A stretch of 64,000 nucleotides of DNA. Origin: an uncultured Chloroflexia bacterium (GTDB lineage: Bacteria > Chloroflexota > Dehalococcoidia > DSTF01 > WHTK01). The stretch is from positions 1,229,206 to 1,293,205 of the forward strand of contig CAVQCN010000001.1 of the NCBI GenBank assembly GCA_963711035.1. Direction: 5' to 3'. Under the pieces are notes generated by a model. It made no database searches and was not told the origin of the DNA. It worked only from the letters and a program-made list of their open reading frames with translations. Both the position numbers and the translations under genes were made by a program. Below, in pieces: positions 1 through 8,533 of the stretch. How positions within the stretch are numbered: the stretch's first letter is position 1; every line of letters begins with the position of its first letter.

Positions 1-64
1 GAGCAGCATGCCTTCTTTTTACCTTGTGAAGAGCTGTTTGCCTAGTCCAGGCGTCGTTGTAACG

Positions 65-1990
65 CTACGGTTGCGCTTGTCCTGACTGTGGCGCTTCTTG
101 TGGCTGTGTCTGCTCTGCTTCTGTGAGGCCGGCCTGGTCGAAGCGGGCCAGCGCGTGCAGGCGGGCGGGCAGGTTGCCGGTGCGGCGGCGACGGTCGACC
201 TCGAGCTCACGGATGCCGGCACGCAGCTCGGCACCGGAGAAGTGCATGGACGAGATTGCCTTGAGCACGCGCGGGTGCGAGGTCGGCTCGATACTTTCGT
301 ACTCCGTGACCAGGTTCTCGCGCAGCTTGTCGCCCGGTCGCAGGCCCGTGTAGATGATCTCGATGTCTTTGCCCGGCTCCAGGCCGCGAGAGCGGATCAG
401 CCGCTCGGCGAGCTCGCCGATGCGCACCTCTTCGCCCACGTCCAGCAGGAAGATCTCGCCGCCGCGCGACAACGCCGCCGCCTGCAGGACGAGGCCCGCG
501 ACCTCGCTCACCGTGACGAAGTAGCGCGCCACGTGCGGGTCCGTCACGGAGACGGGTCCGCCGCTGGCGATCTGGCGCTCGAAGACGGAGAGCACGGCGC
601 CGCGCGCGTCGATGATGTTGGTCAAGCGAATGGCGCAGGTGCGCGTGCGCGGCGTCGACATCGACGCCATCAGCAGCTCGCCGACGCGCTTGCTGGCGCC
701 GTAGACGCTGGCCGGGTTCACGGCCACGTTGCTCGAGAGGAAGATGACCTGCTCGGTCTGCGCCGCCTGCGCTGCCTCGAGGACGCTGAGCGTGCCCAAA
801 ACGTTGGTTTCGAAGGCCTGGTCTGGGTGCTCCTCCATCATCGGCACGTGCTTGTAGGCGGCGAGGTGGAAGACGATCTGCGGCCGCGACGCCTCGAAGA
901 TATCGACCAGCTTTGTCCGGTCGACGATGCTGCACAGCCAGGGCTTCAACGTCAGGTCCTTGCCCCACTGCTGCAGCAGCTCGATGCGCATTTCGTGTAG
1001 GCCGGTCTCGTTCGTGTCGAGAAGATGGATGGCGGCCGGGCCCATGGAGGCGATGCGTCGCGTGAGCTCGCTGCCGATGAAGCCGACGGCGCCGGTGATC
1101 ATGACGACTTTGCCCGCGATCGCCTGGCGCAGGGCGTCCTCGTCCACTTCGACCGGCTCGCGCGCCAGCAGGTCTTCCATCGTGATCTCACGCAGCTCGC
1201 CGCGCTCGGCTCGGCCTTCCATGATGTCGCCCAGGCGCGGTACCAGCCGCACCGGCAGCTTGTAGGGCTCGATGAGCGTCAGGATCTCCTGCAGCCCCTG
1301 CGCCCGCGCCGGCAGGGCAAGTGCCACTAGCTCGACGCCGTTTTTCTCGATCGCCTGCGGGATGTCGTGGCGGTCGCCGACGACGGGGATGCCGTGCACG
1401 CGCTTGCCGCGCAACGCCGGGTCGTCATCGACGAAGGCAACGGCGCGGTAGGGACGGCTGCGGTTGTGCTGCAGCTCCCAGGCCAACAGCTGTCCAGTGT
1501 CGCCGGCGCCGACGATCAGTACCTTCTGGCGCACGACGGCTGGCTCGCCGGAGACGCCGGCGGCGGCGGTGAGGCGCGGCAGCATGCGGGCCAGGGCGTG
1601 GAACAGGAAGATGAAGGCCGCGCTGATCACGTTCACGGTCAGCGGGATTGGGCGGCGCGGCAACAGCACGTTCACGACCAGGATCGCTGCCGTGACAACG
1701 CCCACCGCGACGGCCAGTAGAAGGGCGTCGCGGACGCTGCCGTACTGCCACGCCGTCTTGTAGACGCCGAAAATCTGGTACGAGACGATGTAGGCGAACG
1801 CGATCAGCGGCCCGGCCCAGGCCAGCTGGCGCCAGGACTCGCCGGGCACGTTGCCGTCGAACTTCAGGTAGAGGGCGAGGGCGTAGCTGCCGATGACGAT
1901 GCCGACATCGAGCAGCAGCGTGAAAATCAGCCGGCCTGCGCGGTTGAGGCTGCTATGGCTCCCTGAAGGTGCGGGGGTTGCGGTCTTCAC
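65..1990 (-). CDS. Polysaccharide biosynthesis protein, CapD/PglF/WbpM-like membrane-anchored nucleotide-sugar 4,6-dehydratase. The start was trimmed to the GTG at 1990, which overlaps the upstream stop.
   Basis: N-terminal TM helices. Rossmann motif VVMITGAVGFIGSELTRRI. Long SDR/epimerase-dehydratase body. The 703-aa ORF N-terminus is run-through into the neighbouring gene. Confidence 0.85.
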   Translation of the reverse strand: MKTATPAPSGSHSSLNRAGRLIFTLLLDVGIVIGSYALALYLKFDGNVPGESWRQLAWAGPLIAFAYIVSYQIFGVYKTAWQYGSVRDALLLAVAVGVVTAAILVVNVLLPRRPIPLTVNVISAAFIFLFHALARMLPRLTAAAGVSGEPAVVRQKVLIVGAGDTGQLLAWELQHNRSRPYRAVAFVDDDPALRGKRVHGIPVVGDRHDIPQAIEKNGVELVALALPARAQGLQEILTLIEPYKLPVRLVPRLGDIMEGRAERGELREITMEDLLAREPVEVDEDALRQAIAGKVVMITGAVGFIGSELTRRIASMGPAAIHLLDTNETGLHEMRIELLQQWGKDLTLKPWLCSIVDRTKLVDIFEASRPQIVFHLAAYKHVPMMEEHPDQAFETNVLGTLSVLEAAQAAQTEQVIFLSSNVAVNPASVYGASKRVGELLMASMSTPRTRTCAIRLTNIIDARGAVLSVFERQIASGGPVSVTDPHVARYFVTVSEVAGLVLQAAALSRGGEIFLLDVGEEVRIGELAERLIRSRGLEPGKDIEIIYTGLRPGDKLRENLVTEYESIEPTSHPRVLKAISSMHFSGAELRAGIRELEVDRRRRTGNLPARLHALARFDQAGLTEAEQTQPQEAPQSGQAQP

Positions 1991-2607
1991 CGCGCGCCCT
2001 CGCGACGGAGGACGACGGCGAGCGTCTTCAGCATGATTCGCACGTCGAGGCCGAAGGACCGGTTTCTGACGTAGGCGAGATCGTAGGTCATCATTTCCTG
2101 GTAGGTCAAATCGGTGCGGCCGTGGATCTGGGCCAAACCGGTGATGCCGGGCTTCACGTCGTGACGCTGCCGCCACTCCGGCAGGTACTGCGCCACGAGC
2201 TCCGGCTCGTCCGGGCGCGGCCCGACGAGGTGCAGGTCGCCGCGCACGACGTTGAACAGGTTGGGCAGCTCGTCCAGGCTGCAGGCCCGCAACGCCCGAC
2301 CGATCGCCGTCCTGGCGCCGACTGGCCGGAACTGGAACGACTCGATGTCCTCGACGTTGGTCACGACGGTCTGCTCACCCGGCGGGGCGATGCGCATGGA
2401 GCGGAACTTGAGGATCTCGAAGGGCTTCTCGTCTTTGCCGACGCGCTTCTGGCGGAACAGGATCGGCCCCGGCGACTCGAGCTTTACGAGAAGGGCGATG
2501 AGCGCCAGCAGCGGGCTGAGGGCGACGATGCCCAGGACGCACGTGATCAGTTCGAAGATGCGCCGCTGCCGCTCGTCCCGTTGCCGGTCAGGCCCGGTGC
2601 TGCTCAA
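1987..2607 (-). CDS. Small monotopic sugar phosphotransferase (PglC/WbaP C-terminal-like undecaprenyl-phosphate sugar-1-phosphate transferase)
   Basis: Single N-terminal TM segment, then KFRSM and DELPNLFNVVRGDLHLVGPRP motifs typical of the bacterial sugar transferase family. Confidence 0.85.
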   Translation of the reverse strand: MSSTGPDRQRDERQRRIFELITCVLGIVALSPLLALIALLVKLESPGPILFRQKRVGKDEKPFEILKFRSMRIAPPGEQTVVTNVEDIESFQFRPVGARTAIGRALRACSLDELPNLFNVVRGDLHLVGPRPDEPELVAQYLPEWRQRHDVKPGITGLAQIHGRTDLTYQEMMTYDLAYVRNRSFGLDVRIMLKTLAVVLRREGAR

Positions 2608-3748
2608 CGATCTCCTCGACGGCGCCGACGACGCGGTCGACGTCCGCGTCGGTCAGCCCGGGGTACATGGGCAGCGACAGCAGTCGCTCGAAGGCGTCCT
2701 CGGTCACTGGATAGTCGCCCTTGTGGAAGCCGAAGCCCTCGCGGTAGAAGGCGTGGTAGTGAATCGGGATGAAGTTCACCGAGGTGCCCACCTTGCGCTT
2801 GCGTAGCTCCGCCTCGAACTCGTTGCGGCCGATGTCGAGCTGCTCCAGGCGCAGACGGATCGCGTACAGGTGCCAGGCGTGCGTCACGTCCTCGCGCGTT
2901 GAAGGCGTCTCGATAGCGTCGATCTTCGAGAGGCCGGCCGTGTAGCGTTCGGCGATGGCCGTGCGGCGGGCGTTGAAGTCGGCCAAGCGCTGCAGCTGGC
3001 CACGGCCGATAGCCGCCTGCACGTCCGTCATGCAGTAGTTGAAGCCGGGCGCGACAACGTCATAGAAAGAGTTGCCGTCGGGCCGGTGGCGCTTCCAGGC
3101 GTCGGTGCTGAGGCCGTGCTTGCGCAGGATACGCGCCTTGTCCGCGATCTCGGCGTCGTTGGTGGTGAGCATGCCGCCCTCGGAGGTGGTCATGTTCTTC
3201 GTGGGGTAGAAGCTGAACGACGCGGCGTCGCCGATGGCGCCGATGCGCTGCTCCCGGTACGCGGCGCCGCTGGCGTGCGCTGCGTCTTCGATGACGCGCA
3301 GGTCGTGGCGGCGGGCGATGTCGAGGATCTCGTCCATGCGACAGGGCTGGCCGCCGTAGTGCATCGGCATGACGGCCCGGGTGTGCGGCGTGATCTTCGC
3401 CTCGATCGCGGCGGGGTCGATGTTGAGGTCATCGGCGCAGACGTCGGCCAGCACCGGCGTCGCGCCGACGTGGACGATGACGTTGACGGTGGCGCAGAAG
3501 GTGAGCGGCGTCGTGATCACCTCGTCGCCGGGGCCGATGCCAGCTCCGATCAGCGCAAGGTGCATACCGGCAGTGCAGGAGTTGAGTCCGACGGCGTGCT
3601 CGGCGCCGACGAACTCGGCGAACTCCGCCTCGAACTGCTGCGTCTTGGGGCCGTACGTGATCCAGCCAGAGCGCAGCGAGTCGATCACCTCGGCGATCTC
3701 GGCTTCGCTTACGTTAGGTCTGGCGATGGGAAGGAATTCGTCGGACAA
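2588..3748 (-). CDS. DegT/DnrJ/EryC1/StrS family PLP-dependent sugar aminotransferase (PglE-like)
   Basis: FYPTKNMTTSEGGMLTTND motif with the Lys-containing PLP site. Overall family similarity. Confidence 0.9.
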   Translation of the reverse strand: MSDEFLPIARPNVSEAEIAEVIDSLRSGWITYGPKTQQFEAEFAEFVGAEHAVGLNSCTAGMHLALIGAGIGPGDEVITTPLTFCATVNVIVHVGATPVLADVCADDLNIDPAAIEAKITPHTRAVMPMHYGGQPCRMDEILDIARRHDLRVIEDAAHASGAAYREQRIGAIGDAASFSFYPTKNMTTSEGGMLTTNDAEIADKARILRKHGLSTDAWKRHRPDGNSFYDVVAPGFNYCMTDVQAAIGRGQLQRLADFNARRTAIAERYTAGLSKIDAIETPSTREDVTHAWHLYAIRLRLEQLDIGRNEFEAELRKRKVGTSVNFIPIHYHAFYREGFGFHKGDYPVTEDAFERLLSLPMYPGLTDADVDRVVGAVEEIVEQHRA

Positions 3749-3768
3749 AGGCGTCCTGTCGCTCGCGG

Positions 3769-4473
3769 TTAGCGGTGGATGGCCGCGAGGTAATGGGTTC
3801 GGAGAAAGGGTATCACCTCCAGCAGCGTGCAGGCGAGCCAGCCGCCTGGCAGCCTGATCAGCGGGCGCAGGAGCGGCGGCGCCAGCGTCAGGCCGCGAAA
3901 CTCCGTCTCGTAGCCCGCGAACAGCTCCCGCAGCTCTCGACGCCGCAGCGAGCGCGTGTCGCGGTTGAACGGGTTGACCCAGAAATCGTAGGCCAGGATG
4001 AGGCCGCCGGGGCGCGTCACACGTAGAAGCTCCGTCCGAACCCGCCCCCGTGCGGCTGTATCCGTGACGGACGTGAGCAGGGTGAAGGCGAGCACGACGT
4101 CGAAGCTGCCGTCTTCGTAGGGCAGCGCCTGCACGTCGCCAACACGAAGGTCGGCGCCGGGCAGCTCCGCCTTCGCGACGTCGACGCGGTCTTCGAGCAA
4201 GTCGATGCCGTGCAGGTCTTCGATGCGCGCGCCGTAGCGCAGCAGTTCGCCCAGGACGCTTCCGTCGCCGCAGCCGGCGTCGAGCACGCTGTGGCCGGTC
4301 AGCGGCAGCAGCGAGACGTCGCGTAGCGCTGCCAGCAGGGCCCTCTCTCGCGCCTGGTAGATGAACAGGTTGGCGGGCTGCCAGTACGCGTAGCGGTCGT
4401 CGAGGCCTAGCTCGGTGCGGCGGGCATAGGCGGCGCGGACGCGGTCAGCTTCCCGCTCAGTCTCTTCGGTCAT
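3769..4473 (-). CDS. Class I SAM-dependent methyltransferase. The start was trimmed to the internal ATG at 4473.
   Basis: VLDAGCGDGSVLGELL glycine-rich SAM motif and an acidic motif II. The upstream 220 codons of the 455-aa ORF are Cys/Arg/Thr-rich shadow that overlaps the GT2 gene. Confidence 0.7.
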   Translation of the reverse strand: MTEETEREADRVRAAYARRTELGLDDRYAYWQPANLFIYQARERALLAALRDVSLLPLTGHSVLDAGCGDGSVLGELLRYGARIEDLHGIDLLEDRVDVAKAELPGADLRVGDVQALPYEDGSFDVVLAFTLLTSVTDTAARGRVRTELLRVTRPGGLILAYDFWVNPFNRDTRSLRRRELRELFAGYETEFRGLTLAPPLLRPLIRLPGGWLACTLLEVIPFLRTHYLAAIHR

Positions 4474-5614
4474 GCTGCTGCTCCTTGCGTCGGGTGAGGA
4501 TGCGCCAGAAGCCGGCCAGCATGCCCGCGCCGGCGCCGAAGTGCATGGCTGCGAAGGCGAGGGGCAAGTAGCGCTCTTCCTGCTCATTGCCGTCGCGGGC
4601 GATCCGCAGCGTGGCAATGGCGTTGGCTGCCGCGTAGGCGCCGCCGGCCAGCACGGCAATGAGAGCGAAGCGGCGCCGCACCATGCCCAGCAACGCGCCG
4701 CCGCCGAGCGCGACGACAAGCGCCGACGGCACCAGGTGGCGCGGCCGCAGTCGCTGCGGGTGGCGGTGCAGCACCTCGGCCTTGGCGAGGCCGTAGCGCC
4801 AGTATTGCCGCAGCAGGCCGTCGAGGGAGTCGCGGCAGTAGTAAGTGGCCTTGATGGCCGGCGAGAGCAGGATGCGGCCGCCGCTCTCGCGCAGGCGGTA
4901 GTTGAATTCGTCGTCCTCGCCGTAGTCGACGTCCTCCGCGAAGCCGCCGAGGCGTGCGAACACGTCGCGGCGGTAGGCGCCGAACGCCACCGAGTCGGTC
5001 CAGATCGCCCGTGCGTCAGCATCGTTCGCCAGCGTGCGGAAGGACGCATCGCCGACGCCGAAGGGAGACGCCATCGCCAGCGCGATCGCGCGCCCCACGA
5101 CGCCGTGGCCGCGCGTCGTGATCGGCCCGCCGGCACAGTCGGCGTGAGAGTCCTGTAGCGCCTTCACGCTGGCAGAGATGAAGCTCTTGTCGACGCGCGT
5201 GTGGCCGTCGACCAGGATGATGACGTCGCCGGCGGCCGAGGCGATGCCGAGGTTTCGCCCTGTGGCCGTCGTCTGGCGCGGATTCGTCTTGAAGGTCTCC
5301 GGCAGGCCGTAGACCATGACCATTTCGCGCACCTCGGCGGCCGTGCCGTCGGTCGACTGGCCGTCGACGACGATGACCTCGTAGCGGTCGCGCGGGTAGT
5401 CCTGCGTGCTGAGGGCGTGCAGGCAGCGGGCGATGAAGCCCTCCTCGTTGCGCACGGCGATGACGACTGAGACGAAGGGCAGCTCGTCGTCCTCCGGCGC
5501 CTCGTAGAGCCAGGCCTCCTCGACGGGCTGTTCGGCAGCCTCGGCTTCGAGCTCTGCCAGGCGCTGCATGAGCATCTCCGGCGGCACCGGCGTTTCGTCT
5601 TGCTCGTAGGTCAT
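4457..5614 (-). CDS. Family 2 glycosyltransferase with a C-terminal membrane domain
   Basis: VSVVIAVRNEEGFIARCLHALSTQDY...EVIVVDGQSTDGT GT-A motif. C-terminal hydrophobic helices. Confidence 0.8.
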   Translation of the reverse strand: MTYEQDETPVPPEMLMQRLAELEAEAAEQPVEEAWLYEAPEDDELPFVSVVIAVRNEEGFIARCLHALSTQDYPRDRYEVIVVDGQSTDGTAAEVREMVMVYGLPETFKTNPRQTTATGRNLGIASAAGDVIILVDGHTRVDKSFISASVKALQDSHADCAGGPITTRGHGVVGRAIALAMASPFGVGDASFRTLANDADARAIWTDSVAFGAYRRDVFARLGGFAEDVDYGEDDEFNYRLRESGGRILLSPAIKATYYCRDSLDGLLRQYWRYGLAKAEVLHRHPQRLRPRHLVPSALVVALGGGALLGMVRRRFALIAVLAGGAYAAANAIATLRIARDGNEQEERYLPLAFAAMHFGAGAGMLAGFWRILTRRKEQQHDRRD

Positions 5615-6690
5615 GCGACTGCTTTGGGGCCGCCGTTGAGTAGCTGGTCGTAGATGCGGTCCATCTGCGCGACGTTCTTCTGCCAGTCGTACTGTCCGGC
5701 CACGTAGGCGCGTCCGGCCGCGCCGAGCTGGCGGCGCAGGGGAGCATCCTCTACCAGGACGGCGATGGCATCTGCCAGCGCTTTCGCGTCGCGGGGCGGT
5801 GTGAGGAAGCCGGTCTTGCCGTGACGCACCACGTCCGGGATGCCGTTGACGTTGGAGGCGACGACCGGCAGCGCCATGGCAGATGCCTCCACTGCGGCGA
5901 CGCCGAAGCCTTCGAACAACGACGGCAGCGCGAAGACGTCGAGCTCTTGCAGGAAGGCCGGCAGATCGTCGTGCTCCAGCCAGCCGCGGAACTCGATGCT
6001 GTCCTCGATGCCGAGACGGCGGGTCAGCGCCTGCAGACGGTCCTGCTCCGGCCCTTCGCCGGCGATCTTGAGGGTTACGCGGTCGCCGAAGCGGTGGCGG
6101 AGCAGGGCAAACGCCTCGATCAGGTACTCGAGGCCCTTTTCCTTCGACATGCGGGAGGCTGTACCGATGACGGCGCGTTTGACGTTGCGGCGCCGAGCCG
6201 GCTGGAAGCTCTCGATGTCGGCGCCGTAGGGAACGACGTTGACCGGCTTGCCGCGCGGCGCGTAGCGGCTCGTCTCGGTGGCCAGGTTGAGGCTTGTGGC
6301 CGTAATCGAGTCCGCGCGGGCCAGCGAGTATCGCGTCAGCCAGTGGTGGAAGGGAGTCAGGTTCGGTGCTTCCAGTACGTCGGTGCCCCAGACGGAGATG
6401 ATCAGCGGCCGGCAGCCGGACAGCGCTGAGAGGAAGCCATAGCTAGTCAGGTGTAGCGCGTGCACGAGGTCCGGCTCCATCTCCCGCACCATGCGGCCGA
6501 CGCGGCGAGCGTGGATCAGGTAGCGGGCCTTGCCCAGCCGCTCGGCGCCGTCGACGTAGTGGACACGAGCACCTTCGATCTCGGCTGGGCGGAAGGAGAT
6601 GACGTCGCAGTCGTAACCCTGGGAGACGGAGTGCTCGATCCAGCGTCGCGTATGGATGTACGGTGCGTCCGCCAGATAGACGACCTTCAT
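5611..6690 (-). CDS. GT4 (GT-B fold) glycosyltransferase
   Basis: C-terminal EGFGVAAVEASAMALPVVASNVNGIPDVV motif typical of the GT1/GT4 family. Confidence 0.85.
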   Translation of the reverse strand: MKVVYLADAPYIHTRRWIEHSVSQGYDCDVISFRPAEIEGARVHYVDGAERLGKARYLIHARRVGRMVREMEPDLVHALHLTSYGFLSALSGCRPLIISVWGTDVLEAPNLTPFHHWLTRYSLARADSITATSLNLATETSRYAPRGKPVNVVPYGADIESFQPARRRNVKRAVIGTASRMSKEKGLEYLIEAFALLRHRFGDRVTLKIAGEGPEQDRLQALTRRLGIEDSIEFRGWLEHDDLPAFLQELDVFALPSLFEGFGVAAVEASAMALPVVASNVNGIPDVVRHGKTGFLTPPRDAKALADAIAVLVEDAPLRRQLGAAGRAYVAGQYDWQKNVAQMDRIYDQLLNGGPKAVA

Positions 6691-6813
6691 CGCACGATCT
6701 TACCAGAGGGCCTGGACGGCTCTGCTGTCCAGCTCAGAAGACGGCTGTCGGCCGGTTCCCGTGGCCGTGGCGAGGGCCAACCATCTCCCGCTCAGCACGC
6801 CACCACGCAGTGG

Positions 6814-8406
6814 TTAGTGGAGGGGCGTGCCGTTGTAGACCATGTCCGGGTCGCCGTGGAAGAGATCCGTGTAGACGTCGGCCAGGGCGACGATCGGCTT
6901 GTCGGAGGAGATGATCGCGGTGCCGGCGAAGCCGTCCGGCAGCATCGATTCGTTGAACTGGAAGACGGTGAACTCGCGGTTGACCGGCACGGTGTAGGAG
7001 GCGCTGCCGCCCGGCAGGTCGAGGCCGTAGTAGGTGACCGTGACGTTCGCGGTGCTGCCATCCGCGACCATGACGCGAAACCAGCTGTTCCAGCCGTTGC
7101 CGACGCCGGCCTGCGACGCGTAGTTCTTGTTCAGGTCTGGCAGCAGCACCTGGTAGGCCGCGTCCTGGTCGGGCCGCATGCCGCGATAGTCCGTGAAGGT
7201 GTCGTTGAGAAAGGTGCCGCGGTCGACGACGACGGCGATGGGCTCGGTTGAAGATAGATGGGCCGTGCCGATGAAGTCGAAGGGCAGGTTGTCGCCGTCC
7301 GCGAGGCAGTCGGCGTTGTCGAGATCCTGGAAGCAGAGCTTCGACCCCTTCACCTCGAACGTGTTCGTCTTGGTGATGAGGTTGCCGTCCTGGTCGTAGC
7401 CGTCGAAGCGCAGGGTCACGTCGGCGGGCTGGTTCGGGTCCTTGTTCACGATCGTGAAGCGCGTGCTGTAGGAGTTGGACGGCCCGACCTGACGGTCAAC
7501 CTCCGGCAGGACGATCTCCTTGCCGAGGTCGTTGACGTCGAAGCCACGATACGAGCCGAACGAGGCCAGGTCCGAGTTCCAGATGTCGGCGGAGGCCGAG
7601 ATCCACTGCTGGTTCGGCCCCTGCCCGTCGGCGTTCGTCGAGAGGTCAATGCGAACAGAGCCGGTGAATTGGTTCGGCACCGCCATGGTGTCCGGGTCGC
7701 GGAAGATGGAGCCGCGCGGCGGCAGCGGCATGCCGCCGTTAGGGCAGCCGGGCAGCGGCGCGTCCGGCTTGCCGGACGAGGGCAGCTTGTAGGGGTCCCA
7801 CGATATCTCGCTGTCCGTGTAGAAGCTGAGGTAGGTGATGGTCACGCAGGCCGTCACCGTGTCGCTCATGTTCTGGATGACGAAGCGGCCGTTCCAGTCC
7901 TTGTTGGGGCCATCGCGCTTGCCGGTGACGGGCAGGAAGATCTGGTGCGAGCCCGGGCCCGTGTTCAGCGTGTCGCCGGCGATGGAGAAGGTGTCGCCAC
8001 GGCGCACGTCCTTCGCCAGCAGCGCGACCACGGGCTGGTCGGTGGAGATGACGGCTGAGCCCTGGAAGCCGAAGGGCAACGACGTGTTGTCCTTCTGGAA
8101 GAAGGTCCAGCCGCTGCCGGGGTACATGGGCGGGCAGGTCGCCGAGGGGCAGCTATCGGTACCGGCGATGTGGCCCTGGGCGTCGAAGTAGTTGAGCTCG
8201 ACGTTAGCGTCGTCGTCGCCGATGTTCTGGATGCGGATCCAGGAGTTCTCGGTGCCGAAGGAGTAGCCGGAGGTCGCGGATGCCTGGGGGCCGTCACGGC
8301 CCGCGATGGGCATCGCTGCCGCTACGATGGCGACGAGACCCGTGGCTACGAGGAGGGTCTTGAAGAGCGCGTTGGAGTATCTGCGAACTGGGTTCGGAAT
8401 CGACAA
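6814..8406 (-). CDS. Secreted protein of unknown function with four tandem ~110-aa repeats
   Basis: Signal peptide with hydrophobic core LLVATGLVAIVAAAMPIAG. The repeated pattern is [WR]F[RV][IV]xN...A.VT..YY...G...LP.GF.G[ST]A.ISSD.PIVA, seen four times. Confidence 0.6.
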   Translation of the reverse strand: MSIPNPVRRYSNALFKTLLVATGLVAIVAAAMPIAGRDGPQASATSGYSFGTENSWIRIQNIGDDDANVELNYFDAQGHIAGTDSCPSATCPPMYPGSGWTFFQKDNTSLPFGFQGSAVISTDQPVVALLAKDVRRGDTFSIAGDTLNTGPGSHQIFLPVTGKRDGPNKDWNGRFVIQNMSDTVTACVTITYLSFYTDSEISWDPYKLPSSGKPDAPLPGCPNGGMPLPPRGSIFRDPDTMAVPNQFTGSVRIDLSTNADGQGPNQQWISASADIWNSDLASFGSYRGFDVNDLGKEIVLPEVDRQVGPSNSYSTRFTIVNKDPNQPADVTLRFDGYDQDGNLITKTNTFEVKGSKLCFQDLDNADCLADGDNLPFDFIGTAHLSSTEPIAVVVDRGTFLNDTFTDYRGMRPDQDAAYQVLLPDLNKNYASQAGVGNGWNSWFRVMVADGSTANVTVTYYGLDLPGGSASYTVPVNREFTVFQFNESMLPDGFAGTAIISSDKPIVALADVYTDLFHGDPDMVYNGTPLH

Positions 8407-8470
8407 GAGGCCATCTCACTCATCCCCGCTGCAAGGATGATAAGGAGGGCCGCAACCGCGGTCAAACCGG

Positions 8471-8515
8471 CCTCGCGGAAAAGAACGAGGCCGCGTCAAA
8501 CGACGCGGCCTCGTT
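8471..8515 (-). terminator. Rho-independent terminator candidate downstream of the cytochrome c-cupredoxin gene
   Basis: Perfect 14-bp stem AACGAGGCCGCGTC/GACGCGGCCTCGTT with a 4-nt loop, followed on the minus strand by CUUUUCC. Confidence 0.45.
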
Positions 8516-8533
8516 AGCTTGATTGAGAAGGTC

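Noticed and set aside
207-968. Numerous long Arg/Ala/Pro/Gly-rich ORFs on the opposite strand or in alternative frames of real genes, for example 98..1000, 207..968, 5016..5747, 16787..17767, 34214..35044, 39330..40292 and 43787..45175.
   Set aside because: They have low-complexity composition and no domain signatures. They overlap well-supported genes completely, which is typical of shadow ORFs in 65-70% GC DNA.
3769-5136. Long N-terminal extensions on the six-frame ORFs for the methyltransferase (455 aa), pyrF (468 aa), the CCG subunit (469 aa), atpA, atpC and sdhA.
   Set aside because: The extensions are nonsense-like or overlap neighbouring genes. Internal ATG or GTG starts abut the upstream stop codon with coupling or an RBS, so the genes were trimmed.
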